From: a virus
Length of the DNA stretch: 64,000 bases
Strand: one strand, 5' to 3'
Virus record (IMG/VR): IMGVR_UViG_3300042509_002208
Location: 1 to 64,000 of that record
In this document: positions 27,514 to 36,989 of the stretch, one piece after another
Position numbering within the stretch: position 1 is the first letter of the stretch
Layout: each line of letters starts with the position of its first letter
The notes under the pieces: generated by a model
What the model was told of the DNA's origin: nothing
What the model saw: the letters and a program-made list of their open reading frames with translations, nothing else
Databases searched by the model: none
Translations under genes and position numbers: made by a program

Positions 27514-27837
27514 GTGCAGCCTGCTGTATACGATATTACGATATATCAGCGAGCCACGTTTAGGCGTCAGGTGAATTTGCCATTGTCATTAATCGGTCAT
27601 ACGGTTACAGCGCAAGTTTGGGATGAAAAGCGGAGAAGCAAGATATTTGATTTTGACATTGAATGGATCAACAGAGGAAATGGAACCTTCTATTTAGTTG
27701 CTGATTTCGATAAGACAACTAGAATGAAGAAAGATGGAGAATGGGACCTGATGGTTTCCTATCCAAATGGAGATCGTTTTTACTGGGTAGAAGGAAAAGC
27801 TATTTTTGATCCCGGCTACACTGACCCGGATGATTGA
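27514..27837 (+). CDS. BppU N-terminal-like fibre adaptor
   Basis: YDITIYQRATF...WDL...YWVEGK pattern. Confidence 0.55.
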   Translation: MQPAVYDITIYQRATFRRQVNLPLSLIGHTVTAQVWDEKRRSKIFDFDIEWINRGNGTFYLVADFDKTTRMKKDGEWDLMVSYPNGDRFYWVEGKAIFDPGYTDPDD

Positions 27838-28085
27838 ATATGGCTGACGACCCGATTGTCATATCAGATCCTATAACAACTGTAATTACAGTTGAAGTTC
27901 CTGGTCCAGAAGGACCGCCCGGCCCACAAGGCGAGCCTGGGCCAAGTGAACTTAAATTGTTAACAGACGTAGACTCGACAAATATCACAAACAAATCAAT
28001 GTTGATATATGATGCCGCTTTAGAAAAATGGATAGCAAGTCCAGATACTACTGTTGATGAAGTTTTAAATGGTGGAAACTTCTAG
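27834..28085 (+). CDS. short collagen-like fibre protein
   Basis: PGPEGPPGPQGEPGP; ends LNGGNF. Confidence 0.7.
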   Translation: MNMADDPIVISDPITTVITVEVPGPEGPPGPQGEPGPSELKLLTDVDSTNITNKSMLIYDAALEKWIASPDTTVDEVLNGGNF

Positions 28086-28092
28086 AATCCAA

Positions 28093-28101
28093 GGAAAACT
28101 A
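28093..28101 (+). promoter_or_regulatory. GGNANNCTA motif
   Basis: GGAAAACTA 26 nt before ATG 28128. Confidence 0.65.
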
Positions 28102-28127
28102 ATTCGGGTTCCCTTTATTTTACTCTG

Positions 28128-29708
28128 ATGGCCAATACCATCCGCATTAAACGCCGCGCTAGCGGCAATGCCGGCGCTCCTGCGAGCCTGAAAAACGCAG
28201 AATTAGCATATAATGAAGTAGATGATGTACTTTATTATGGTCGTGGTGCGGATGGTAGTGGCGATGCATTAACGATCCCCGCCATTGGCGGCTTTGGTGC
28301 GTTCGTTGGTCTCGCCGGTAATCAAACAATCACCGGCACTAAAACTTTTACGGGCAGTCTAGCTCTAACTGCCGCAACGATTGATGGTTTTAGTACCACT
28401 GGCAACATTACAGTTGGTGGTAATTTAATCGTCCAAGGCACCACTACTACAGTTTCTTCGACGACAATTGAAGTCGCCGATAAGAATCTCGAACTCGGCA
28501 AAGTAGATACTCCGACCGATTCTACTGCCGATGGTGGTGGTATCACACTGAAAGGTACTTCGGACAAGACCTTCCAGTGGTATGATACTACAGACGCCTG
28601 GACTAGTTCGGAGCATATTGATCTTGACTCTGGCAAGTCTTACTACATTGACGGCAATTTAGTTTTAAGCGCCACTGGTTTGGGTTCTGGTGTTACCGAC
28701 TCCAGTCTCACTAGCGTTGGCACTTTAACCGGTGGCACCTGGCAAGCAAATACTATTGGTACCGGCTATGGCGGTACTGGTTACGCTGGTGGCTATGCCA
28801 ATGGCGAACTTCTGATTGGTAACAGCAGTGGCGGTCTGACCAAGTCAACCTTGTCTGGTGGCACTGGCATCCAAATCACTAACACCAGTGGCGGAATCGA
28901 GATCTCGTCTACCGGTGTTCAGTTTAGCGCTGGTGACGGCCTTGATCTTACTGATGCAATTCTGACTGTTACTCCAAAAGCAAATAGCGGTATTGTTATT
29001 GATTCTGGCGAAGTTTCGCTCGATCTTGGCGCTAGCGCTATCACTGGCACTCTCGCCATTGGCGACGGTGGTACTGGTGCTACGAGTGCAGCAGATGCAC
29101 GCACAAATCTTGGTCTTGTAATTGGTTCTGACGTTCAAGCGTATGACGCAAACATCGTTAGCGATGCCAGCTACGTCCATACCGACAACAACTTTACTAC
29201 CACTCTCAAGAACAAGCTTGATGGTATTGAGGCTGGCGCCGAAGTCAATGTCCAGGCTGACTGGACCGAGTCCGACTCGAATAATGACGCCTACATTCTG
29301 AATAAGCCTACGCTTGGCACTGCTGCGGCTACGGATGCTACTGACTACGCAACCGCTGCTCAGGGTAGCCTGGCCGACAGTGCTCTGCAACCTGGCGATA
29401 TTGGCGTCAGCGTTCAGGCTTACGATGCCGAACTGGCAACACTGTCTGGCATGACTTCGGCCGCAGCAACTTCACTTGCTGCCCTGACTTCTGCCGAGAT
29501 TGCCATACTGGATGGTGCAACTGTCACGACGGCAGAGCTTAACATTCTTGATGGCAACGCTTCCGCGACTGCAACAACCCTTACCGCAGCAGATAAGTTT
29601 ATCGTAAACGATGGCGGAACGATGGTTCAGGTCGCTCTTAGTGACCTTGTGACCTTCTTCGAGAATGGTAGTGTTTCTGGATTCGATCTCGACGGCGGCG
29701 AGTTCTAG
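28128..29708 (+). CDS. tail fibre protein
   Basis: MANTIRIKRR...ELAYNE; GGTGATSAADARTNLGL; ends LDGGEF. Confidence 0.8.
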   Translation: MANTIRIKRRASGNAGAPASLKNAELAYNEVDDVLYYGRGADGSGDALTIPAIGGFGAFVGLAGNQTITGTKTFTGSLALTAATIDGFSTTGNITVGGNLIVQGTTTTVSSTTIEVADKNLELGKVDTPTDSTADGGGITLKGTSDKTFQWYDTTDAWTSSEHIDLDSGKSYYIDGNLVLSATGLGSGVTDSSLTSVGTLTGGTWQANTIGTGYGGTGYAGGYANGELLIGNSSGGLTKSTLSGGTGIQITNTSGGIEISSTGVQFSAGDGLDLTDAILTVTPKANSGIVIDSGEVSLDLGASAITGTLAIGDGGTGATSAADARTNLGLVIGSDVQAYDANIVSDASYVHTDNNFTTTLKNKLDGIEAGAEVNVQADWTESDSNNDAYILNKPTLGTAAATDATDYATAAQGSLADSALQPGDIGVSVQAYDAELATLSGMTSAAATSLAALTSAEIAILDGATVTTAELNILDGNASATATTLTAADKFIVNDGGTMVQVALSDLVTFFENGSVSGFDLDGGEF

Positions 29709-29713
29709 TCATC

Positions 29714-29722
29714 GGAAAACTA
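29714..29722 (+). promoter_or_regulatory. GGNANNCTA motif followed by a leader hairpin
   Basis: GGAAAACTA then GGCCCCGTA-CA-TACGGGGCC. Confidence 0.65.
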
Positions 29723-29776
29723 GTGGGCCCCGTACATACGGGGCCTTTCCTTGCTATATAGCAAACAAGGAGCCAA

Positions 29777-30208
29777 ATGGCGAACACAATTAAGATAAAA
29801 CGGAGTGGGGTACCCGGAAAAATACCATCCACATCCGACCTCCAGCTTGGCGAGTTAGGAGTTAACTTTTTTGACGGCAAATTGTTCTTAAAAAAGAACA
29901 ATGGAGCCGAAAGTATTGTCCAAGTTGGAGCTAGCCAAGGCGATCTGGCAGCAGATTCCAGTGTCGCCGATGTCTTAAGTGTCGCCGGAGGCGTTCTTAG
30001 TAGCACTGATCCAGGTGTTACTAAGATTGTTTACTGGGATGATACATCAGGAAAGCTGTCGTATCTTTCTATCGGTTCTGGCCTTTCGATTGGCAGTGGT
30101 TCGCTAAGTTCTACAGGCGGAAGCGGTGGTACTGGCGCGTTTGCTGATTTTGGCCTCATTACCGAAAATATATTATCATCTGAATATGATCTAGGAGGTG
30201 TCGTGTAA
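29777..30208 (+). CDS. short fibre-associated protein
   Basis: MANTIKIKRS...GELGVNFFDGKLF, same N-terminal module as 28128. Confidence 0.7.
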   Translation: MANTIKIKRSGVPGKIPSTSDLQLGELGVNFFDGKLFLKKNNGAESIVQVGASQGDLAADSSVADVLSVAGGVLSSTDPGVTKIVYWDDTSGKLSYLSIGSGLSIGSGSLSSTGGSGGTGAFADFGLITENILSSEYDLGGVV

Positions 30209-30771
30209 TGGCTAGCCAGGTTAAATTCAGAGGGGGAACAACTTCCCAGCATTCTTCTTTCACTGGCGCCGAAAGAGAAGTTACGGTCGACACTACCCTG
30301 AAGACCCTCAGGGTACATGATGGGTTAACCGCAGGAGGTTTCAGGCTTGCTAAATATAGCGAGCTTTTTTCTGGATCTTATGACGATTTAGCCAATAAGC
30401 CCTCACTGTTTTCCGGGGCGTACAACGATTTATCCGGTAAGCCCTCGCTGTTTTCCGGATCATATAATGATTTAACAAATAAACCATCCCTTTTCTCCGG
30501 GTCCTACTTAGACTTATCTAACAAGCCGTTTATCCCATCCGACCTTGGAGACTTAACTAATACACCAGGATATCTGACCGGTAGCGACCTGCCTGCTGCC
30601 GGAGTTGGCACTGGTGGCAACACCGATCAAATATTTCACTTGAGCGACGCCGTAGCAACTACGAATTATTCGATTCCGGTTGGGAAGAATGCTCTTGTAG
30701 CCGGTCCGCTGGAAATTCAAGCTGGCGTTGAAATCACTGTCCCTGCAAACTCCCACCTCCTGATCCTCTAA
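30208..30771 (+). CDS. fibre protein with an Mtd_N-like N-terminus and four 14-aa repeats
   Basis: QVKFRGGT...FTGAEREVTVDT...VHDG.TAGG; LFSGxYxDLxNKP x4. Confidence 0.75.
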   Translation: MASQVKFRGGTTSQHSSFTGAEREVTVDTTLKTLRVHDGLTAGGFRLAKYSELFSGSYDDLANKPSLFSGAYNDLSGKPSLFSGSYNDLTNKPSLFSGSYLDLSNKPFIPSDLGDLTNTPGYLTGSDLPAAGVGTGGNTDQIFHLSDAVATTNYSIPVGKNALVAGPLEIQAGVEITVPANSHLLIL

Positions 30772-33700
30772 TGACTTACGGAACTCTTAAGGTTGACCAT
30801 CTGCAGTCCAGCGACGGCACAGTCTTTGCTATCAATGAGATTGGCGGACCTAAAGCCGATCTGGTTAATGGCAAGATTCCGGCTGGTCAACTCCCTAGTA
30901 TCGCGATTTCGGACTTCCTTGGCGAAGCCGCAGACGGCACAGAGCTGGTTGCGCTGGCTGGGGAGAAGGGTGACTGGGCCATCAGGACGGACACCGGCTC
31001 TACATGGGTGATCGTCGACAACGACGGGTCGTCCTTGGCCGACTGGGTAGAAATTGCATCGCCTGCAAGCCCCGTTACCAGCGTCAATGGGCAGGTTGGG
31101 GCTGTCGTTCTGGCCGCGTCGGACGTGAACGCTGCCACAGCGGCCCAGGGCGCTTTGGCCGATAGCGCAATTCAGCCCGGCGATAACATCAGTGCTCTGA
31201 CGAACGACGCTGCTTTTATCACCTCAGCTCAGGCCCCTGTCCAGTCGGTGGCAGGTAAGTCGGGTGCAGTCACCTTGGTGAAGGCAGATATCACTGACTT
31301 TGCAGATGGTGACTACGCGACGGCGGCCCAAGGCGCTCTTGCGGACAGTGCATTGCAGGCCGGAGATATTGGCAGCTCAGTGCAGGGCTATGACGCCAAC
31401 ACCGTGGTGGATGGTACCTACGTCCACACCGACAACAACTACACCAGCGCAGAGAAGGCGAAGCTGGCGGCGATTGAAGAAGGCGCCGAAGTCAACGTCA
31501 GTGCTGACTGGAATGCCACTTCAGGCGATGCTGCAATTCTGAACAAGCCGACGCTTGGGACCGCCTCGGCCCAGGACGTGGCCTATTTCGCGACTGCGGC
31601 ACAAGGTGCTCTTGCTGATACTGCGCTGCAGCCAGCGGCCATCGGCGTGAGCTTGCAGGCCTTTGATGCGAGTCTCGTTTCTGACGGCGCCTACGTCCAC
31701 ACCGATAACAACTACACCACGGCAGAGAAAGACAAGCTCGCTGGCATAGAGGCTGGTGCCGAGGTCAACGTCAACGCCGATTGGAGCGCTGCCAGCGGTG
31801 ATGCTGCGATCCTGAACAAGCCCGCACTTGGAACTGCTGCGGCTGAGGATATTGAGGCGTTTGCCACCGCAGCCCAGGGGGGACTGGCTGATAGCGCCCT
31901 CCAGCCTGGCGACGCAGTGAGTGACCTCACCAACGACGCTGCCTACATCACATCCGCTGAGGCCCCAGTCCAGTCTGTGGCTGGCAAGACCGGCGCTGTC
32001 ACTCTGGTGAAGGCTGATGTTGGCCTGAACAACGTCAACAACACCGCTGACGCCAATAAGCCCATCAGCAACGCCACGCAAGCGGCTTTAGACGGCAAAG
32101 CGGATCTTGAAAACGGCAAGCTGAAGGCCGATCAGATCCCGGATCTGGCCATCAGCAGCTTCCTGGGTGAGGCCGCGAGCGAGGCAGCGATGCTGGCGCT
32201 CTCCGGTCAGCGCGGCGACTGGGCCGTGCGCACTGACACCAGCGAGAGCTACATCCTTGTTGCCGACGATGCATCGCAACTCGCGAGCTGGCGCAAGCTG
32301 TTGACCCCCGTGGACGCCGTCCTGAGCGTCAACGGTGAAACCGGTGCGGTCTCGCTCGATGCGGCTGATGTAGGCGCAGCCACCAGCGCCCAGGGTGCTC
32401 TGGCAGACACTGCCGTTCAGCCTGGTGACGACATCAGTGACCTCGTTAATGATGCCGGTTACATCACTTCTGTCGAGGCTCCGGTCCAGTCCGTAGCCGG
32501 CAAGACCGGCGCTGTCTCGCTGGTCAAAGCAGACATCTCTGATCTGGTTGAAGGCGACTACGCCACTGCTGGACAAGGCTCGCTGGCCGACTCGGCTCTG
32601 CAGCCTGGTGACATTGGGGTCAGCGTCCAGGCCTTCAGCGCTGACACCGTTGTGGACGCATCTTACGTCCACACCGACAACAACTACACCAGCGCAGAGA
32701 AGAGCAAGCTCGCTGGGATCGCCGATGGGGCTGAAGTCAACGTCAATGCTGACTGGAGTGCCTCCAGTGGGGATGCTCAGATCCTGAACAAGCCTACCCT
32801 GGGTACCGCTGCTGCGCAGGACTCAACCGCGTTCGCGACTGCAGCGCAAGGAGGCCTTGCCGACAGCGCCATTCAGCCTGGCGACAACATCAGCGAGCTG
32901 ACCAACAACGCCAACTTCATCACCGCAGCAGGTGCTCCGGTCCAGTCCGTAGCCGGCAAGACCGGAACCGTCACTCTGGCCAAAGGTGATGTGGGGCTCG
33001 GGAATGTCGACAACACCAGCGACGCCAACAAGCCTGTGAGCACCGCTGCCCAGGCAGCTCTCGATCTGAAGGCCCCGCTCGCGTCCCCAGCTCTGACTGG
33101 TACGCCCACGGCGCCTACAGCAGCCGCAGATACCAACTCCACGCAGGTGGCGACTACGGCCTATGTGGTGGGCCAGGGCTACCTGAAGTCGGCAGCCGCC
33201 GCCTCGACCTACGCGCCGATCGCAAGCCCGACTCTGACCGGAACGCCGGCAGCCCCGACTGCCGCTGCAGACACCAACTCCACGCAGATCGCCACAACCG
33301 CCTATGTGGTGGGCCAGGGCTACCTGAAGTCAGCAACAGCTAGCAGCACCTATGCCCCGCTCGCCTCTCCTGCACTGACGGGCGCTCCGACTGCTCCGAC
33401 AGCAGCCGCAGGGACCAACACCACCCAGATCGCAACCACGGCCTTCGTCCAGGCTGCGACCGACGCAGCCAAGCAAGGGCTCACGGTTAAGCAAAGCTGC
33501 CGGGTAGCCACAACAGCAAACATCACGCTGAGTGGCACGCAGACGATCGACGGAATCTCCGTCGCGGCTGGTGAACGGGTCCTGGTGAAGAACCAGACGA
33601 CTGGATCCGAGAACGGCATCTACGTCGTCGCGTCTGGCTCCTGGGCTCGGGCCACAGATTTCGATGCCTCTGCGGACGTTGCTGACGGCGCCTTCACCTT

Positions 33701-35096
33701 TGTGGAGGAGGGATCGAGCAACGCCGACTCCGGCTGGGTTCTGACCACAGACGGCGCGATCACCGTCGGCACCACTGCCTTGAGCTTCACTCAGTTCAGT
33801 GGCGCCGGTCAGATCACCGCCGGCAATGGCCTGACCAAGACCGGCAACCAGATCGATGTGGTCGGCACCTCCGGCCGGATCGTGGCCAATGCCGACTCGA
33901 TTGATTTGGCCTCTGGTGTGGCGACTGCCGGCACCTACAAGTCGGTCACCGTGGATACCTACGGACGGGTGACGGCAGGCACTAACCCCACCAGTCTTTC
34001 GGGGTATGGCATCACTGATGCCCAGCCACTGGATGCTGATCTCACCGCCATTGCCGCTCTGGCCGGCACCTCCGGCCTGCTGAAGAAAACAGCGGCTGAC
34101 ACCTGGAGCCTGGACACCAGCACCTACTTGACCGGCAACCAGAGCATCTCCGTGACTGGTGATGCAACTGGTTCAGGAACCACCTCAATCAGTCTCACAC
34201 TGGCCAACAGTGGCGCCACGGCCGGCACCTACCGCTCGGTCACGGTTGACGCCAAAGGTCGGGTGACTGCAGGGACCAACCCGACCACTTTGAGTGGTTA
34301 CGGCATCACTGATGCAGCTAGCAGCACCCACGCCCACGGCAACATCACCAACGCTGGCGCGATTGGCAGCACCGCCAACCTGCCGATCATCACGACCACC
34401 AGCGGGGTCCTGACCACTGGCAGCTTTGGCACTGCAGCCAACACCTTCTGCCAGGGCAACGACAGCCGGCTGAGCGACACCCGTAACACCAGCAATTCCG
34501 TCACCTTCAACAACGGAGGAACTGGTGCAGCATCGGGCGGCACCTTCAACGGCAGTTCTGCCGTCACAGTCAGCTACAACACGGTCGGCGCCCCGTCCAC
34601 CACTGGCACAAACGCCAGCGGTACCTGGGGAATCAGCGTCACCGGCAGTGCCGCATCCGCCACTTCTGCCACCACCGCAAGCACGGCCAACGCGCTCAAT
34701 ACGGCCAACAACTATCAGGTGAACAGCCTGGGCGTTGGTACAGCAGCATCTGGAACGGCAGGTGAGATTCGCGCCACCAACAACGTCACCGCGTACTACT
34801 CAGACGAACGTTTGAAGACCCGGCTGGGCGAATTTGAAGACCCCCTAGGGATGGTGGAGAAGCTGTCTGGCTTCTACTACGAGGCAAACGAGACAGCTCA
34901 AGCTCTCGGCTACACCCCCGTTCGCGAGGTCGGCGTCTCGGCCCAGGAAGTTGAGGCGGTGCTGCCGGAAGCAGTGGCCCCTGCACCGATTGATGAGCAG
35001 TATCTGACGGTGCGCTACGAGCGGATCGTTCCACTGCTGATCGAAGCGGTTAAGGAGCTATCCAAGCGGGTCCAGCAACTCGAAGGAGGCAACTGA
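30771..35096 (+). CDS. long tail fibre with a C-terminal intramolecular chaperone (peptidase S74-like)
   Basis: Many repeated fibre modules; YYSDERLK...GVSAQEVEAVLPEAV...VRYERIVPLLIEAVKEL. Confidence 0.88.
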   Translation: MTYGTLKVDHLQSSDGTVFAINEIGGPKADLVNGKIPAGQLPSIAISDFLGEAADGTELVALAGEKGDWAIRTDTGSTWVIVDNDGSSLADWVEIASPASPVTSVNGQVGAVVLAASDVNAATAAQGALADSAIQPGDNISALTNDAAFITSAQAPVQSVAGKSGAVTLVKADITDFADGDYATAAQGALADSALQAGDIGSSVQGYDANTVVDGTYVHTDNNYTSAEKAKLAAIEEGAEVNVSADWNATSGDAAILNKPTLGTASAQDVAYFATAAQGALADTALQPAAIGVSLQAFDASLVSDGAYVHTDNNYTTAEKDKLAGIEAGAEVNVNADWSAASGDAAILNKPALGTAAAEDIEAFATAAQGGLADSALQPGDAVSDLTNDAAYITSAEAPVQSVAGKTGAVTLVKADVGLNNVNNTADANKPISNATQAALDGKADLENGKLKADQIPDLAISSFLGEAASEAAMLALSGQRGDWAVRTDTSESYILVADDASQLASWRKLLTPVDAVLSVNGETGAVSLDAADVGAATSAQGALADTAVQPGDDISDLVNDAGYITSVEAPVQSVAGKTGAVSLVKADISDLVEGDYATAGQGSLADSALQPGDIGVSVQAFSADTVVDASYVHTDNNYTSAEKSKLAGIADGAEVNVNADWSASSGDAQILNKPTLGTAAAQDSTAFATAAQGGLADSAIQPGDNISELTNNANFITAAGAPVQSVAGKTGTVTLAKGDVGLGNVDNTSDANKPVSTAAQAALDLKAPLASPALTGTPTAPTAAADTNSTQVATTAYVVGQGYLKSAAAASTYAPIASPTLTGTPAAPTAAADTNSTQIATTAYVVGQGYLKSATASSTYAPLASPALTGAPTAPTAAAGTNTTQIATTAFVQAATDAAKQGLTVKQSCRVATTANITLSGTQTIDGISVAAGERVLVKNQTTGSENGIYVVASGSWARATDFDASADVADGAFTFVEEGSSNADSGWVLTTDGAITVGTTALSFTQFSGAGQITAGNGLTKTGNQIDVVGTSGRIVANADSIDLASGVATAGTYKSVTVDTYGRVTAGTNPTSLSGYGITDAQPLDADLTAIAALAGTSGLLKKTAADTWSLDTSTYLTGNQSISVTGDATGSGTTSISLTLANSGATAGTYRSVTVDAKGRVTAGTNPTTLSGYGITDAASSTHAHGNITNAGAIGSTANLPIITTTSGVLTTGSFGTAANTFCQGNDSRLSDTRNTSNSVTFNNGGTGAASGGTFNGSSAVTVSYNTVGAPSTTGTNASGTWGISVTGSAASATSATTASTANALNTANNYQVNSLGVGTAASGTAGEIRATNNVTAYYSDERLKTRLGEFEDPLGMVEKLSGFYYEANETAQALGYTPVREVGVSAQEVEAVLPEAVAPAPIDEQYLTVRYERIVPLLIEAVKELSKRVQQLEGGN
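33079..33450 (+). repeat. 141-nt (47-aa) tandem repeat, ~2.6 copies
   Basis: ASPxLTGxPxAPTAAAxTNxTQxATTA; identical CCTATGTGGTGGGCCAGGGCTACCTGAAGTC at 33160 and 33301. Confidence 0.85.
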
Positions 35097-35097
35097 G

Positions 35098-36069
35098 ATG
35101 CCACTTAATTCCACAGGCCCTATCAGCATTGGCGGATCAACATCCGGCCAATCCATCAACATCGAACTGGGTCGTAGCGCGACGGCCCAGTCGTCAATGA
35201 ACGATGCAGGCCTAAGAGGTCTTGCGGGAGTCGCGAGTGGAGCAATCAGCTTGTCGAATTTCTACGGCAAGTCCAATGCTCAGCCACTGAGCCTGAACAT
35301 CTTGCTGCTTGGAGGTGGTGGCGGGACTTCGTCAACTTATACCACCAACATCGCTGACGATGATTTTCTTATGCCCTATCATTTCCCTGGCGGCGGCGGT
35401 GGTGGTGGCGGTCTTAGCATCGCTAACTACACAATGAACCCTGGATCGACAATCTATTTGACTGTTGGTGCCGCCGGTTCAGGCGCATCCAATGGTGCGT
35501 CGACATCGGCTGGCACAACGAGTGCTGGCACGCAGATCGGCTCTGTTCTTGGGGGCGGTTCTGGTTCCAGATCTGCCACTGGCTCGCGCGCCTCAGGCGG
35601 CGGTGGACCAGCGTCGGCCGGGACCTGGCCTGGCTATACAGGCACAGCGGGTCAAGGCAATACCGGCGGCAGTGGTAATTATCAAAGTTCAGGTGGCGGT
35701 GGCGGATACGGTTCTGTTGGAGGTAACGCTGGGTATTACGCAGGCGGCACCGGAGGCTCTGGTTACAACCAGAGCACTTTTGATGCTGGGGCGACTAACT
35801 GGCTAGCCGCAGGCGGCGGCGGGACCGGCTCTAGTACACAGGGCTCAAATGGCAATAGCGTAACGGCCGGACTTGCTAATTCAGGCGTTGGTGCCAAAGC
35901 AGGTACATGGAATACAAACCACTCCAATGCTGGTGGTTCAGGTCTTGTTATTGTTCGCTATCCAGGAACAACTGTGAAAATGACTGGTGGCTCCACTTAC
36001 ACAGCCACGGTAGGCGGTACGGCTTATGTCTTCCATAGGTTTACCGGCACCGGTACACTTGTTTATTAA
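35098..36069 (+). CDS. glycine-rich fibre-tip adhesin (gp38-like)
   Basis: N-terminal GPISI...ISLSNFYGKS, many GGGGG runs, directly after the S74-type fibre. Confidence 0.7.
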   Translation: MPLNSTGPISIGGSTSGQSINIELGRSATAQSSMNDAGLRGLAGVASGAISLSNFYGKSNAQPLSLNILLLGGGGGTSSTYTTNIADDDFLMPYHFPGGGGGGGGLSIANYTMNPGSTIYLTVGAAGSGASNGASTSAGTTSAGTQIGSVLGGGSGSRSATGSRASGGGGPASAGTWPGYTGTAGQGNTGGSGNYQSSGGGGGYGSVGGNAGYYAGGTGGSGYNQSTFDAGATNWLAAGGGGTGSSTQGSNGNSVTAGLANSGVGAKAGTWNTNHSNAGGSGLVIVRYPGTTVKMTGGSTYTATVGGTAYVFHRFTGTGTLVY

Positions 36070-36077
36070 GATTTTCC

Positions 36078-36365
36078 ATGGCACACTTTGCACTGCTCGA
36101 CGCAAACGACACGGTCGTCAACGTTTTGGTCGTTGACAATATCGTACTAATGGAACCAGACGGCTCCGAAAATGAAGCCAAAGGCATTGCACATCTAGAG
36201 CATGTCTGCGGCCCTGAATTCAAGTATGTCCAGACCAGTATCAACGCAAACTTTCGCGGAGAATATGCCACGATTGGCGGTACCTATGACAGGGCCAATG
36301 ATGTCTTTAGGTCAATCGCTGATAGCCAGCCCAGTCAACCGCAAGAGGGATTTGAGTGGAACTGA
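36078..36365 (+). CDS. small fibre-associated protein
   Basis: MAHFALLD.N..V.NV.VV...QTS.NANFR..YA.IG.TYD...DVF, a pattern that often follows Gly-rich fibre genes. Confidence 0.65.
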   Translation: MAHFALLDANDTVVNVLVVDNIVLMEPDGSENEAKGIAHLEHVCGPEFKYVQTSINANFRGEYATIGGTYDRANDVFRSIADSQPSQPQEGFEWN

Positions 36366-36970
36366 TCTTTTATGATGACCCCTTCCCTCATATTGCCGCG
36401 CAAGATTGTCTGAGCCCTTCTCAGCTTGAGCTGATATGGTATGAGATTCAGTTCTTATCCTCTCCAGCTAAGTTGCATCGCCCTGGCATCGACCACGGTG
36501 CATACGGGCTTAATGGGCTGACCAGTAGCCGTGCGGCAATCCTCGAAAGGATTTACGCGCGGCCTGAGGTATCCGACATCATTTGCACCATGACTGAACT
36601 CACGTTCATGCTAGGTCGCAAGGCAGCAGAGCACTGGCCTGAATTTGTGGGAGCCGGGAACATAGAGCGTCTCACAACGAAGCTGCGCTACTACCACGAC
36701 GGGGATGAGTACGCGACCCATACTGACAGCTCGAAAGAATATCTGATGTTTTTTTATCTGCACAAAGAACCAAAAGCTTTTACCGGTGGAGAACTCTTCT
36801 TTGAGCCCCATAGCTATATATTCCCGGCTCATAGCAATACCGCCATCTTTATGGCGGCCAATACCCCTCATGGGGTCAATCGGGTCAGTATCCCTGAGAA
36901 TGATTACTGGGCCGGTAATGGTAGATATGCCCTTACCCAGTTTGTGAACGGGATACATCTCCCCTTGTGA
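36356..36970 (+). CDS. 2OG-Fe(II) oxygenase (prolyl-4-hydroxylase-like)
   Basis: YHDGDEYATHTD (HxD), FTGGELFF, PHGV, distal R. Confidence 0.85.
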   Translation: MELIFYDDPFPHIAAQDCLSPSQLELIWYEIQFLSSPAKLHRPGIDHGAYGLNGLTSSRAAILERIYARPEVSDIICTMTELTFMLGRKAAEHWPEFVGAGNIERLTTKLRYYHDGDEYATHTDSSKEYLMFFYLHKEPKAFTGGELFFEPHSYIFPAHSNTAIFMAANTPHGVNRVSIPENDYWAGNGRYALTQFVNGIHLPL

Positions 36971-36989
36971 GTTTTAGCCCCATTCAACA

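Noticed and set aside
30361-30530. 42-nt periodic repeats as a possible CRISPR or mini-array
   Set aside because: In-frame coding repeats (LFSGxYxDLxNKPS) with synonymous variation and no unique spacers.
33079-33450. Near-identical repeats in a fibre gene as a DGR template/variable pair
   Set aside because: Tandem in-frame repeats, differences not confined to adenines, and no reverse transcriptase in the window.
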